A stretch of 32,747 nucleotides of DNA from a virus (Duplodnaviria; Heunggongvirae; Uroviricota; Caudoviricetes). Below are positions 8,069 through 17,170 of this stretch, one piece after another (the stretch's first letter is position 1; every line of letters starts with the position of its first letter). A program made the position numbers and the translations under genes. Where the stretch lies: positions 1-32,747 of the IMG/VR virus record IMGVR_UViG_2636415906_000003, one strand, 5' to 3'. The notes beneath the pieces are model-generated. The model searched no databases, was not told the origin of the DNA, and saw only the letters and a program-made list of their open reading frames with translations.

Positions 8069-8109
8069 TCCCGCATTTCGGCGGGACAATCCCATCAATG
8101 TTAAAGAGC
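8069..8109 (-). promoter_or_regulatory. nutL: boxA plus boxB hairpin in the leftward early transcript
   Basis: On the minus strand boxA reads GCTCTTTAACA (plus 8099..8109) and is followed by the hairpin ttcccgc-cgaaat-gcggga (plus 8069..8086); the same boxA and boxB occur at nutR. Confidence 0.6.
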
Positions 8110-8156
8110 CTGCCAATCTGTTCCGTTTGGCTTCCAGCGTCCTGCTGATGGCTTAA

Positions 8157-8240
8157 ATTTAAGATCTCTTTAATTAATGGTCAAGAGTATTTTTGAAGAA
8201 AACTTAAATTTTCTTTCGTAACTTAAGTTTGGCTTTGATT
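8157..8240. promoter_or_regulatory. OL/pL region with P22-type operator-like sites
   Basis: atttaagatctctttaat (8157..8174) has the same TTAAG..CTTTAA half-site structure as the operators at OR, and two weaker similar sites follow up to about 8240. Confidence 0.45.
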
Positions 8241-8252
8241 TTTAAAGGAAAT

Positions 8253-8275
8253 AAAAAAAAGGGGCGAATGCCCCC
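8253..8275 (-). terminator. Rho-independent terminator directly after the repressor gene stop
   Basis: Hairpin ggggcgaatgccccc (8261..8275) followed on the minus-strand transcript by eight U (plus-strand A run 8253..8260). Confidence 0.5.
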
Positions 8276-8926
8276 TTATGGAAGGTTTGCTAGTTTTGCA
8301 TCGACAACTACGCCGATGATTTTGCAGTTTCCGTTGATCTCGATCATCGGATATTGTGGGTTAAGTGGTTTTAGAAACTTCCTGCCTGCATCAATAACTA
8401 ACTTCTTGAAAGTTGCCTCGTTTTCTCCTTCGAGCTTTGCAACTACCAGTTTCCCGTTACGCGGCTCTACTTCAGGATCGACGAGTATTATCATTCCTTC
8501 AGGGATACTGAGACCGGCCGGAGCCGTCATTGAGTCTCCCTTCACGTCCAACCAAAACGAATCTTCTGAACAGTCTACGGTTGTATCGTACCAGTTATCT
8601 ATTGCACGCTTATGATATGGTTCTACAGCTTCCATCCAGCATCCTGCGCTCACCCAGCTAATCAGAGGGTATGACCCTCTTGGATCATGCCTACTGTGAT
8701 AGGCAATGTTTGAAAGACTTTCCTCTCCTTTCATCAGATAGTCAGGGGAACACTTCAACGCATTAGCCAGGGCGAGAAGATTCTCTCCATTTGGCTCTGT
8801 CTCAGAGCGTTCCCACTGAGATATGGCAACATTAGACACGCCGACCATCTTTCCAAGTGCGGCCTGCCTGATCTTGAGTTCTTTTCTCCGAGCGCGAATG
8901 CGCTCTCCCATCAATTGAGTTTTCAT
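8276..8926 (-). CDS. cI: Prophage repressor, P22 C2-type (HTH plus S24 LexA-like autopeptidase domain)
   Basis: 216-aa ORF that is near-identical to my memory of P22 c2 (MKTQLMGERIRARRKELKIRQAALGKMVGVSNVAISQWERSETEPNGENLLAL...); divergent from cro. Confidence 0.9.
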   Translation of the reverse strand: MKTQLMGERIRARRKELKIRQAALGKMVGVSNVAISQWERSETEPNGENLLALANALKCSPDYLMKGEESLSNIAYHSRHDPRGSYPLISWVSAGCWMEAVEPYHKRAIDNWYDTTVDCSEDSFWLDVKGDSMTAPAGLSIPEGMIILVDPEVEPRNGKLVVAKLEGENEATFKKLVIDAGRKFLKPLNPQYPMIEINGNCKIIGVVVDAKLANLP

Positions 8927-8992
8927 AGTTAAGACATCTTAAATAAACTTGACTTAAGATTCCTTTAGTGGATAATTTAAGTGTTCTTTAAT
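8927..8992. promoter_or_regulatory. OR operator region (pRM/pR) with three P22-type operator sites
   Basis: agttaagacatcttaaat (8927..8944), cttaagattcctttag (8953..8968) and atttaagtgttctttaat (8975..8992) share TTAAG-N4-CTTAA symmetry, in the 80-bp gap between the divergent repressor and cro starts. Confidence 0.6.
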
Positions 8993-9006
8993 TTCGGAGC
9001 GAGTCT

Positions 9007-9192
9007 ATGTACAAGAAAGATGTTATCGACCACTTCGGAACCCAGCGTGCTGTAGCTAAAGCGTTAGGCATTAGCGACGCAGCAGTCTCTCAGTGGAAGG
9101 AAGTCATCCCAGAGAAAGACGCCTATCGACTGGAAGTCGTTACAGCTGGCGCCCTGAAGTATCAAGAAAGCGCTTACCGCAAAGCGGCATAA
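9007..9192 (+). CDS. cro: Cro repressor
   Basis: 61-aa ORF with GGAG SD; sequence matches my memory of P22 Cro (MYKKDVIDHFGTQRAVAKALGISDAAVSQWKEVIPEKDAYRLE...). Confidence 0.85.
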   Translation: MYKKDVIDHFGTQRAVAKALGISDAAVSQWKEVIPEKDAYRLEVVTAGALKYQESAYRKAA

Positions 9193-9199
9193 GCAAATT

Positions 9200-9243
9200 G
9201 CTCTTTAACAGTCATGGTCCTCATTCCCGCCGAAATGCGGGAA
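9200..9243 (+). promoter_or_regulatory. nutR: boxA plus boxB hairpin between cro and cII
   Basis: boxA gctctttaaca (9200..9210) and hairpin ttcccgc-cgaaat-gcgggaa (9224..9243); this is the reverse complement of the nutL elements, so both sit in the same orientation in their transcripts. Confidence 0.6.
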
Positions 9244-9300
9244 TACAACGCGCATAAGTTGATGCGCATAACTTCTTATTTGTTAAGGAAATACTTACAT

Positions 9301-9579
9301 ATGGAACTTACAAGTACTCGCAAGAAAGCGAATGCAATTACAAGCAACATCCTGAATCGAATTGCTGTACGTGGTCAGCGAAAGGTTGCCGACGCGTTAG
9401 GGATTAATGAATCGCAAATTTCGCGATGGAAAGACAGCTTCATCCCAAAAATGGGAATGCTTCTGGCTGTTCTTGAATGGGGTGTTGAAGACGAGGAGTT
9501 GGCGGAACTGGCTAAGAAAGTAGCCAGAATGCTGACAAAAGAAAAAGCCCCGAAGAACGGCGAATTCTTCGAGGCCTGA
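9301..9579 (+). CDS. cII: CII-like transcriptional activator (P22 C1 equivalent)
   Basis: Aligns with lambda CII ([25 protein letters not shown] conserved). Start taken at ATG 9301, because the longer ORF from 9214 would run across nutR. Confidence 0.8.
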   Translation: MELTSTRKKANAITSNILNRIAVRGQRKVADALGINESQISRWKDSFIPKMGMLLAVLEWGVEDEELAELAKKVARMLTKEKAPKNGEFFEA

Positions 9580-9613
9580 TGTAGAAAGACTGGATCAATC
9601 CACAGGAGTCATT

Positions 9614-9760
9614 ATGACAAAACAACTCAGTCCTTACCAGGACAAAATTCACAAACACATACTACGTGATCGCTTCCTGTCCAGCTTCAAGCAGCCTGGT
9701 CGATTCCGGGCTGAGTTGGAAAAAGTGAAGCTGATGCAGAAGGAGAAAGGTCATGAGTAA
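9614..9760 (+). CDS. Small hypothetical protein (48 aa) between cII and the replication genes
   Basis: ORF with an AGGAG-like SD, its stop overlapping the O-like gene start; positionally like the small ORF between c1 and gene 18 in P22. Confidence 0.4.
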   Translation: MTKQLSPYQDKIHKHILRDRFLSSFKQPGRFRAELEKVKLMQKEKGHE

Positions 9761-10652
9761 CATATCTAATCTAGCCGAAGCCAGAGAGGCCAGAAGGCTA
9801 CAACAACCGCATCAAAGCAGCGGTAAGGGGTATGCCTTGCTGCACCGTAAAATTATGGATGTGCCGTTTTACAAGGACGCAGAAGCTGCGCATCTGTGGG
9901 TTCACTTAATCCTCAAAGCAAAGCATACGCCTGAGTATGTAATGACTGACGCAGGAGAAATTCTGGTAGGCAGAGGGAAGCTACTTGGCGGTAGAAACTC
10001 TCTGGCGTTTGAAACAGGACTCAAACCAGATCGCGTTCAGTACCTGCTTAGAAAGTTCAAAAAACTCGGCATGATTGACTGGGTTTCACACGGTAAATTC
10101 TCAGTTTTCTCGGTAGAGAAATATGACGATTATCAGTCAAATTTTGTACCAGCAGATTACCAGCAAATTACCACCTCAAAGCCAGCAATACCAATGCCTG
10201 CAAGCAATACTGTACCAGCAGATTACCAGCAAATTACCACAGATAAAGAATATAATAATATTATCTCTAATACTGACGTATTAGAGAGTACCGCAGCAGA
10301 CAAAAAGTCTGACAAGAAAAAACCTTCCGTTAGCTGTCAGGATGTTGTCGATGCTTACCACGAAATCCTTCCTGAAGCGCCAAGAATCCGCGCACTGAAT
10401 GACAAGCGTAAAAACCAGATCCGAACGTTCTGGCGCAAAGCCGGAGTGATAACCCGCCAGCTTGACGGGCATGGGTTCACGATGCAGGACTGGAGAAATT
10501 ATTTGAGCTACGTAGGCGAAAATTGCCGATGGATGTTCGAAGAGCGTCCAAACCATCAACGCGGAACCGTCTGGCACAAAAAGGGATTTGATTTCCTGCT
10601 TAACGATAATACCTACCTGAAAGTTCGTGAGGGTGAACACGATGACCGATAA
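9753..10652 (+). CDS. Replication initiator protein (lambda O / P22 gp18-like), containing the origin iterons
   Basis: 299-aa ORF directly upstream of the helicase gene; it contains tandem DNA iterons that encode a repeated [10 protein letters not shown] peptide, followed by an AT-rich tract. Confidence 0.65.
   Translation: MSNISNLAEAREARRLQQPHQSSGKGYALLHRKIMDVPFYKDAEAAHLWVHLILKAKHTPEYVMTDAGEILVGRGKLLGGRNSLAFETGLKPDRVQYLLRKFKKLGMIDWVSHGKFSVFSVEKYDDYQSNFVPADYQQITTSKPAIPMPASNTVPADYQQITTDKEYNNIISNTDVLESTAADKKSDKKKPSVSCQDVVDAYHEILPEAPRIRALNDKRKNQIRTFWRKAGVITRQLDGHGFTMQDWRNYLSYVGENCRWMFEERPNHQRGTVWHKKGFDFLLNDNTYLKVREGEHDDR
10145..10240. repeat. Origin-of-replication iterons inside the initiator gene
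   Basis: Two exact 30-bp direct repeats tgtaccagcagattaccagcaaattaccac (10145..10174 and 10211..10240), each containing TACCAGCA sub-repeats at 11-bp spacing, followed by an AT-rich region to about 10300. Confidence 0.6.
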
Positions 10653-12078
10653 CTTTTATGCGCCGCCCCATAGCATCGAGGCAGAGCAGGCGGTGATTGG
10701 TGGATTGCTTCTGGATGATGACAGCAGTGAGCGCGTCCGGAAAGTTCTGGCGATGCTGAAGCCTGATTCATTTTACAGCCGACCACACAAAATCCTTTTC
10801 GAAGAAATAACCAGAATGCACCGGGAGCAAAAGCCAGTAGATGGCCTGACGCTTTTCGATGAACTGGAGCGTAAATCGTTAACGGCGTCTGTTGGCGGTT
10901 TTGCTTATATCGCTGAGATCGCAAAGAACACGCCGAGCGCCGCAAACATCGTTGCCTATGCAATGCAGGTTCGTGAAACCGCAATGGAACGCTACGCCAT
11001 CAACCGCATGACTGAAGCGACGGAATTGCTCTATTCCCGCAACGGAATGACTGCAACGCAGAAGTACGAAGCTATTCAGGCGATTTTCACGCAACTGACA
11101 GACCATGCAAAAACCGGATCGCGTCGAGGCCTTCGCTCATTTGGTGAGGTCATGGAAGACTGGGTTAGCGACCTTGAGAAGCGATTTGACCCGTCAGGCG
11201 AACAACGAGGAATGAGCACAGGGATCCCATCGCTGGACAGGATGCTGTCACCGAAAGGTCTGGTGAAAGGCTCTCTGTTCGTCATTGGCGCTCGCCCTAA
11301 GATGGGGAAAACGACGCTATACAGCCAGATGGCAATCAACTGCGCAGTGCATGAGAAAAAGCCCGCTCTGATGTTCAGTCTTGAAATGCCAGGCGACCAG
11401 ATACTGGAAAAGCTGGTAGGACAGAAGTCAGGTGTTAACCCGAATATTTTTTACCTTCCGGCGACAAATGACGCTGATGACGGCTATCAGGGTGATTACG
11501 ATGGTGACTTCAACAGGGCGATAGAAACAGCAAATCGCTTGAGTGAAATCGACATGCTTTACATCGACGACACGCCGGGATTATCTCTGGCTCAAATCGT
11601 CAGCGAAAGCCGTCGAATCAAGCGAGAAAAAGGATGTGTTGGCATGATTCTGGTCGATTACCTGACACTAATGACCGCTGAGAAGGCCGATCGCAACGAC
11701 CTTGCTTACGGCATGATCACCAAAGGACTGAAGAACCTTGCCAAAGAGCTTGATTGCGTTGTTGTGCTTCTGACGCAGCTTAACCGCGCACTGGAAAGCC
11801 GAACCAATAAACGCCCATTACCAAGTGACTCACGAGATACAGGGCAGATTGAACAGGATTGCGATTATTGGGTGGGGATCCATCGTGAAGGTGCTTTTGA
11901 TGACAGTGTTCCACCTGGTGAAACCGAACTAATCCTTCGTCTTAATCGTCATGGCAATACCGGCACGGTGTATTGCATTCAGGCAAATGGCGCTATTTAT
12001 GACACAGACCAACAGTCTGCTGAAATGCGCCGCCGTGAACGCGAGGAACCGCAATCCAAGAAGAAAGGAGGATTCTGA
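10642..12078 (+). CDS. Replicative DNA helicase, DnaB family (P22 gp12-like)
   Basis: DnaB N-terminal domain signature (HSIEAEQAVIGGLLLD), Walker A GARPKMGKT, and a DnaB-type C-terminal domain. Start taken at ATG 10642 after a GAGGG SD. Confidence 0.85.
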   Translation: MTDNFYAPPHSIEAEQAVIGGLLLDDDSSERVRKVLAMLKPDSFYSRPHKILFEEITRMHREQKPVDGLTLFDELERKSLTASVGGFAYIAEIAKNTPSAANIVAYAMQVRETAMERYAINRMTEATELLYSRNGMTATQKYEAIQAIFTQLTDHAKTGSRRGLRSFGEVMEDWVSDLEKRFDPSGEQRGMSTGIPSLDRMLSPKGLVKGSLFVIGARPKMGKTTLYSQMAINCAVHEKKPALMFSLEMPGDQILEKLVGQKSGVNPNIFYLPATNDADDGYQGDYDGDFNRAIETANRLSEIDMLYIDDTPGLSLAQIVSESRRIKREKGCVGMILVDYLTLMTAEKADRNDLAYGMITKGLKNLAKELDCVVVLLTQLNRALESRTNKRPLPSDSRDTGQIEQDCDYWVGIHREGAFDDSVPPGETELILRLNRHGNTGTVYCIQANGAIYDTDQQSAEMRRREREEPQSKKKGGF

Positions 12079-12166
12079 TGACCATCTACATCACTGAGCT
12101 AATAACAGGCCTGCTGGTAATCGCAGGCCTTTTTATTTGGGGGAGAGTAATTGGAGGCTTTGAGAA

Positions 12167-12394
12167 ATGAGTACGATAGCTGAACTTGTCAGGGCTAATT
12201 TTCGTGAAGAGTTGGTGCGTTGGTATCGGTATCGTTCATCGTCCAGTTTGCCGCTTGATGAGTTGTATGAGCATTCACCTGCCGCACGACGCTATCCGCG
12301 TGACCGCGTTCTTCGCCGGTTGGTTAAAATCGATAATGATTTTCAGTGTGACAAAATTATCCAGCAATTAGATTTGATGGCTGATGATGAATGA
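12167..12394 (+). CDS. Hypothetical nin-region protein (75 aa)
   Basis: ORF with a GGAGG SD. A 29-codon hydrophobic micro-ORF (12078..12167) lies just upstream and is not listed separately. Confidence 0.45.
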   Translation: MSTIAELVRANFREELVRWYRYRSSSSLPLDELYEHSPAARRYPRDRVLRRLVKIDNDFQCDKIIQQLDLMADDE

Positions 12395-12809
12395 TTTCAT
12401 TCTGCACGAAACCAATAAATCACAATTCTGGTTAGTTCTGAAACAAATCCTCTCTACCGGCAAACGCTGGCGAATCAAAATATCTGAGTACCGTGAGAAG
12501 CGTACATTGTCACAAAACAATCTGCTGTGGATGTGGAATGCAGAAATAGCCGCACAGTTATCTGCTGCTTCTGCTGAAAACTTCACGCCTGAAGAGGTTC
12601 ATGAGTGGCTGAAAGATATATTTTGTCCGGCTAAAAGGGTGACGATTTTTAATATTACACGATGCGTTAAATCAACACGTCAGCTTGATATTGGAGATAT
12701 GCACAAATATCTGACCGATATTGACCAGTGGGCGCATCAGAAGGGATTACGACTAACCATTCCTGATAATTGCGAGTACCGGGATCTAAAGGAGAGGCAA
12801 GTAGAGTGA
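12384..12809 (+). CDS. ninB: NinB-like recombination protein
   Basis: 141-aa ORF with the conserved S-Q-N-x-x-x-W segment (TLSQNNLLWMW) as in lambda NinB; sits after the replication genes. Confidence 0.65.
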   Translation: MMNDFILHETNKSQFWLVLKQILSTGKRWRIKISEYREKRTLSQNNLLWMWNAEIAAQLSAASAENFTPEEVHEWLKDIFCPAKRVTIFNITRCVKSTRQLDIGDMHKYLTDIDQWAHQKGLRLTIPDNCEYRDLKERQVE

Positions 12810-13333
12810 CTATCAAATCAAATACGCCAGCACACGACAAGGACTGCTGGCAAACGCCGCTTTGGCTTTTTGATGCACTGGATATTGAGTTTGGATTCTG
12901 GCTGGATTCGGCAGCGAGCGACAAAAATGCTCTGTGTGCTCACTGGCTAACTGAGGCCGACGACGCGCTCAATTCTGAGTGGGTAAGCCACGGTGCAATC
13001 TGGAATAACCCACCGTACAGCAATATCAGGCCGTGGGTGGAAAAAGCCGCTGAGCAGTGCATACAACAGCGACAGACGGTAGTTATGCTTGTGCCAGAGG
13101 ATATGTCAGTCGGATGGTTCAGCAAGGCTCTGGAGAGTGTCGACGAAGTTCGCATTATCACTGATGGACGGATTAATTTTATCGAACCATCGACAGGGCT
13201 GGAGAAGAAGGGAAACAGCAAAGGCTCCATGCTGCTGATTTGGCGACCGTTCATCAGTCCTCGACGGATGTTTACTACCGTATCCAAAGCGGCATTGATG
13301 GCGATCGGGCAGGGCGTCAGGAGGGCAGAATGA
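12806..13333 (+). CDS. Phage DNA N6-adenine methyltransferase (Dam-like)
   Basis: Catalytic NPPY motif (WNNPPYSN). The ORF has no ATG; start taken at GTG 12806, 8 nt after a GGAGAGG SD (the ORF track starts at TTG 12770). Confidence 0.75.
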   Translation: MTIKSNTPAHDKDCWQTPLWLFDALDIEFGFWLDSAASDKNALCAHWLTEADDALNSEWVSHGAIWNNPPYSNIRPWVEKAAEQCIQQRQTVVMLVPEDMSVGWFSKALESVDEVRIITDGRINFIEPSTGLEKKGNSKGSMLLIWRPFISPRRMFTTVSKAALMAIGQGVRRAE

Positions 13334-13512
13334 GACGACAGCGACGAAGTTTCACCGACATCATCTGCGAAAACTGCAAATACCTTCCAACGAAACGCTC
13401 CAGAAATAAACGCAAGCCAATCCCAAAAGAATCTGACGTAAAAACCTTCAATTACACGGCTCACCTGTGGGATATCCGGTGGCTTAGAGAACGTGCGAGG
13501 AAAACAAGGTGA
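13330..13512 (+). CDS. ninE: NinE-like protein
   Basis: 60-aa ORF ([34 protein letters not shown]...) matching my memory of lambda NinE; its start overlaps the methylase stop. Confidence 0.7.
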   Translation: MRRQRRSFTDIICENCKYLPTKRSRNKRKPIPKESDVKTFNYTAHLWDIRWLRERARKTR

Positions 13513-13679
13513 TTGACCCAAATCGAAGTTACGAACAAGAAAGCGTCGAGCGAGCTTTAACGTGCGCTAACTGCGGTCAGAAGCTGCATGTGCTGGAAGT
13601 TCACGTGTGTGAGCACTGCTGCGCAGAACTGATGAGCGATCCGAATAGCTCAATGTACGAGGAAGAAGACGATGAGTGA
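13509..13679 (+). CDS. ninF: NinF-like protein
   Basis: 56-aa Cys-rich ORF (...[25 protein letters not shown]...) matching my memory of lambda NinF; GTG start overlapping the ninE stop. Confidence 0.65.
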   Translation: MIDPNRSYEQESVERALTCANCGQKLHVLEVHVCEHCCAELMSDPNSSMYEEEDDE

Positions 13680-13776
13680 GTTAATAAATGGCAATGCCAT
13701 CAAAATGACAAGCATTGAAATCGCTGAGTTGGTGGGAAGTCGTCATCCCGGTTTATGGAAAACGCTGGTTCATTGA
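13672..13776 (+). pseudogene. 5' stub of a gene (34 codons) ending at the deletion junction
   Basis: [25 protein letters not shown]... looks like the start of a phage DNA-binding or regulatory protein, then hits a stop where the frame changes into portal-homologous sequence. Confidence 0.35.
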
Positions 13777-14947
13777 TGACATTGAGCGTGTCGAAGGGCA
13801 CATTGCAAAAGCAATGGATCCACAGCGTTTGTACAACCTTCAGGTTTCAATGCTGGCTGATACTGCAGCACAAGACCCCGGTCAGATCCCTATAGTTGGC
13901 ATGGAGCAAATTCGTGGACTTGAGAAGCACTGGGAGGCTCGCAACAAGAAACGCCCAGCGTTCTTGCCGTTGCGCGAAGTGAGAGATAAATCTGGCAACA
14001 TTATCGCTGGAGCTACCCCGGCAGGATATACACAGCCTGCGGTTATGAATCAGGCATTGGCTGCATTACTACAGCAAACCAGTGCTGATATTCAGGAGGT
14101 TACAGGCGGCAGTCAGGCCATGCAGCAGATGCCAAGTAATATTGCTCAGGAAACGGTTAACAACTTGATGAACAGAGCAGATATGGCTTCGTTTATCTAT
14201 CTGGACAATATGGCGAAAAGTCTTAAACGCGCTGGTGAAGTATGGCTGTCAATGGCGCGTGAAGTGTACGGTTCAGAACGTGAAGTGCGCATCGTTAACG
14301 AAGATGGAAGTGATGATATCGCTGTCCTGAGCGCACAGGTTGTTGACAGGCAAACAGGGGCTGTTGTTGCGTTAAATGACCTTTCTGTCGGTCGATACGA
14401 TGTGACGGTTGATGTTGGACCAAGCTACACAGCACGACGTGATGCAACGGTTTCTGTACTGACAAATGTCCTTAGCTCTATGCTTCCAACAGACCCAATG
14501 CGCCCGGCAATTCAGGGTATTATTCTGGACAATATCGATGGCGAAGGCCTTGATGACTTCAAAGAGTACAACCGAAACCAACTGCTGATATCTGGTATTG
14601 CAAAACCACGCAATGAGAAAGAGCAGCAGATTGTTCAACAGGCGCAAATGGCAGCACAAAGCCAGCCAAATCCTGAAATGGTTCTCGCTCAGGCGCAAAT
14701 GGTAGCAGCGCAGGCAGAAGCGCAAAAAGCAACTAACGAAACTGCTCAAACTCAAATCAAAGCATTTACTGCCCAGCAGGATGCGATGGAGAGTCAGGCA
14801 AACACTGTCTATAAACTGGCTCAAGCCAGAAACATCGATGACAAAGCAGTGATGGAGGCAATACGCCTTCTGAAAGATGTCGCCGAGTCACAACAACAGC
14901 AATTCCAGTCACCACCACAGTCACCGGCAGACTTAATGCCGAGTTAA
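13715..14947 (+). pseudogene. Portal protein (P22 gp1-like), C-terminal ~400 codons only; N-terminal part deleted
   Basis: From about 13742 (VIPVYGKRWF...) the translation aligns with the middle and C-terminal regions of the P22-type portal, which is more than 700 aa. The reading frame is open only from 13715 and no intact portal N-terminus or terminase gene is upstream. Confidence 0.7.
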
Positions 14948-14960
14948 CCAGGAGTAATCA

Positions 14961-15845
14961 ATGGAAAACGAACTGATCATCGACGGTCAGGTTATTGACC
15001 TGTCTGAAACACAGGAAAATGCAGAAGAAACCATCATCCAAACAGAGTCACAGCCTGAGAATGAAAGCCAGGATGACAACGGTAAAGAGGTGGAAACTGA
15101 GCCTGAAAAAACCGAAGAGACACCAGAAGATTACGCCTTGCGTATTGGTGATGAAGAAATTCAGCTTAACGCTGACGATGATGATCACATTGACGGGCAA
15201 CCTGCACCGCAATGGGTGAAAGATCTTCGCAAAGGCTTCAAAGAAACACAGAAAGAAAACCGTGAGTTGCGCCGCCAGCTTGAGGAAGCATTAGCCAAGC
15301 CAGCGGAACATCAGCAACCACAACCAGACGCTATTCCACCAAAACCGACTCTTGAGTCGTGTGATTATGACGAACAGGCGTTTGAACAGGCATTGACTGA
15401 TTGGCATGAGAAAAAAGGCCGTGTCGAACAGCAGCAGCAACAAAAACTACGTCAGCAACAGGAATACCAACAGCGTTTCCAGCAAAGGGTAGAAGCGCAT
15501 AAACAACGGGCAGCCAAACTTCCTGTGAAAGATTATCAGGAAATGGAAGCCATTGTTCTTAGTGAGCTACCACCAATTCAGCAGGAAATCATCATTCACT
15601 GTGCAGACGAAGGCTCTGAACTACTCGCCTATGGCTTAGGTAAGAGCCAGCAATTACGCCAGCGTGTAGCCGCTGAGACAGATCCAATTCGCGCAGCATT
15701 CCTCTTGGGGCAGATTAGCAAACAGGTAAGCCTTGCTCCAAAACCAAAGAAAGCCATCAAGCCAGAGCCGGAAGTACGTGGTGGCGGTGCTGATGCGAAA
15801 CAAGACGAATTCAACAAATTATGCCCCGGCGCAAAAATCGAATAA
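14961..15845 (+). CDS. Scaffolding protein (P22 gp8-like)
   Basis: 294-aa acidic, Gln-rich, helical ORF between portal and coat; LPVKDYQEMEAIVLSELPP aligns with P22 gp8 LNIPDYQEKEDAFMQLVPP. Confidence 0.75.
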   Translation: MENELIIDGQVIDLSETQENAEETIIQTESQPENESQDDNGKEVETEPEKTEETPEDYALRIGDEEIQLNADDDDHIDGQPAPQWVKDLRKGFKETQKENRELRRQLEEALAKPAEHQQPQPDAIPPKPTLESCDYDEQAFEQALTDWHEKKGRVEQQQQQKLRQQQEYQQRFQQRVEAHKQRAAKLPVKDYQEMEAIVLSELPPIQQEIIIHCADEGSELLAYGLGKSQQLRQRVAAETDPIRAAFLLGQISKQVSLAPKPKKAIKPEPEVRGGGADAKQDEFNKLCPGAKIE

Positions 15846-15856
15846 GGAAAAGATAA

Positions 15857-17128
15857 ATGCCTAACAATCTCGACAGTAACGTCAGTCAAATCGTTCTGAA
15901 AAAATTCCTTCCGGGTTTTATGTCAGATTTAGTTCTGGCAAAAACCGTATACCGTCAGTTGCTGGCAGGTGAAATCAACTCCAGCACTGGCGATAGCGTT
16001 AGCTTTAAACGTCCGCATCAATTCTCATCCCTCCGTACTCCCACTGGTGATATTTCAGGGAAAAATAAAAACAACCTGATCTCAGGTAAAGCTACGGGGC
16101 GTGTAGGTAACTACATCACTGTTGCTGTTGAATATCAGCAACTGGAGGAAGCGATCAAGCTTAACCAGCTGGAAGAAATTCTCGCGCCGGTTCGCCAGCG
16201 AATCGTTACCGACCTTGAAACAGAGCTTGCTCACTTCATGATGAATAACGGTGCGTTGTCACTTGGTAGCCCCAATACTCCAATCACCAAATGGTCTGAT
16301 GTTGCGCAGACGGCATCTTTCCTGAAAGACCTCGGCGTTAATGAAGGTGAAAACTATGCTGTAATGGATCCATGGTCTGCACAGCGACTTGCTGATGCGC
16401 AGACTGGTTTGCATGCTTCAGATCAATTGGTTCGTACTGCATGGGAGAACGCACAGATCCCAACCAATTTTGGCGGCATTCGCGCACTGATGTCTAATGG
16501 GCTTGCCTCTCGTACGCAGGGGGCATTTGGCGGAACACTGACAGTCAAAACACAGCCAACTGTTACCTATAACGCAGTTAAAGACTCATACCAGTTCACT
16601 GTAACATTGACCGGAGCGACAGCCAGCGTTACAGGTTTTCTGAAAGCTGGTGATCAGGTCAAATTCACCAATACCTACTGGCTGCAACAGCAGACCAAAC
16701 AGGCGTTGTATAACGGAGCCACACCAATTAGCTTCACTGCAACGGTTACTGCTGATGCTAATTCAGACAGCAGTGGCGATGTGACGGTTACGCTTTCTGG
16801 TGTTCCGATTTATGACACTACAAACCCGCAGTACAACTCTGTAAGTCGTCAGGTAGAGGCAGGCGATGCCGTATCTGTAGTAGGCACTGCTAGCCAGACA
16901 ATGAAGCCAAACCTGTTCTATAACAAGTTCTTCTGTGGACTTGGCTCTATCCCACTGCCGAAACTGCACAGTATTGATTCTGCTGTTGCAACATATGAAG
17001 GTTTCTCCATCCGCGTACATAAATACGCAGATGGCGATGCCAACGTGCAAAAAATGCGCTTCGACTTACTGCCTGCATATGTGTGCTTTAACCCTCACAT
17101 GGGCGGTCAGTTCTTCGGTAATCCGTAA
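15857..17128 (+). CDS. Major capsid (coat) protein (P22 gp5-like)
   Basis: 423-aa ORF after the scaffold gene with a strong SD and a terminator after it; alignable with P22 coat. Confidence 0.8.
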   Translation: MPNNLDSNVSQIVLKKFLPGFMSDLVLAKTVYRQLLAGEINSSTGDSVSFKRPHQFSSLRTPTGDISGKNKNNLISGKATGRVGNYITVAVEYQQLEEAIKLNQLEEILAPVRQRIVTDLETELAHFMMNNGALSLGSPNTPITKWSDVAQTASFLKDLGVNEGENYAVMDPWSAQRLADAQTGLHASDQLVRTAWENAQIPTNFGGIRALMSNGLASRTQGAFGGTLTVKTQPTVTYNAVKDSYQFTVTLTGATASVTGFLKAGDQVKFTNTYWLQQQTKQALYNGATPISFTATVTADANSDSSGDVTVTLSGVPIYDTTNPQYNSVSRQVEAGDAVSVVGTASQTMKPNLFYNKFFCGLGSIPLPKLHSIDSAVATYEGFSIRVHKYADGDANVQKMRFDLLPAYVCFNPHMGGQFFGNP

Positions 17129-17132
17129 TAAC

Positions 17133-17159
17133 AAGGGGCTTACGCCCCTTTTATGTTTT
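17133..17159 (+). terminator. Rho-independent terminator after the coat gene
   Basis: Hairpin aaggggc-ttac-gcccctt (17133..17150) followed by a T-rich run. Confidence 0.6.
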
Positions 17160-17170
17160 AAGGAAACAAT

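Noticed and set aside
9214-9300. N-terminal extension of the cII-like ORF (track start 9214)
   Set aside because: The extension would be translated across the nutR boxB hairpin; the internal ATG at 9301 gives a protein that aligns with lambda CII from its first residues.
10613-11339. Three minus-strand ORFs (10613..10984, 10879..11106, 11076..11339) inside the helicase gene
   Set aside because: Entirely antisense to a confidently assigned DnaB-family helicase; typical shadow ORFs.
12940-13521. Minus-strand 193-codon ORF antisense to the methylase and ninE
   Set aside because: Overlaps two sense genes with conserved motifs (NPPY; NinE) and has no start-site signals.
14372-14824. Minus-strand 150-codon ORF inside the portal remnant
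   Set aside because: Antisense to portal-homologous coding sequence.
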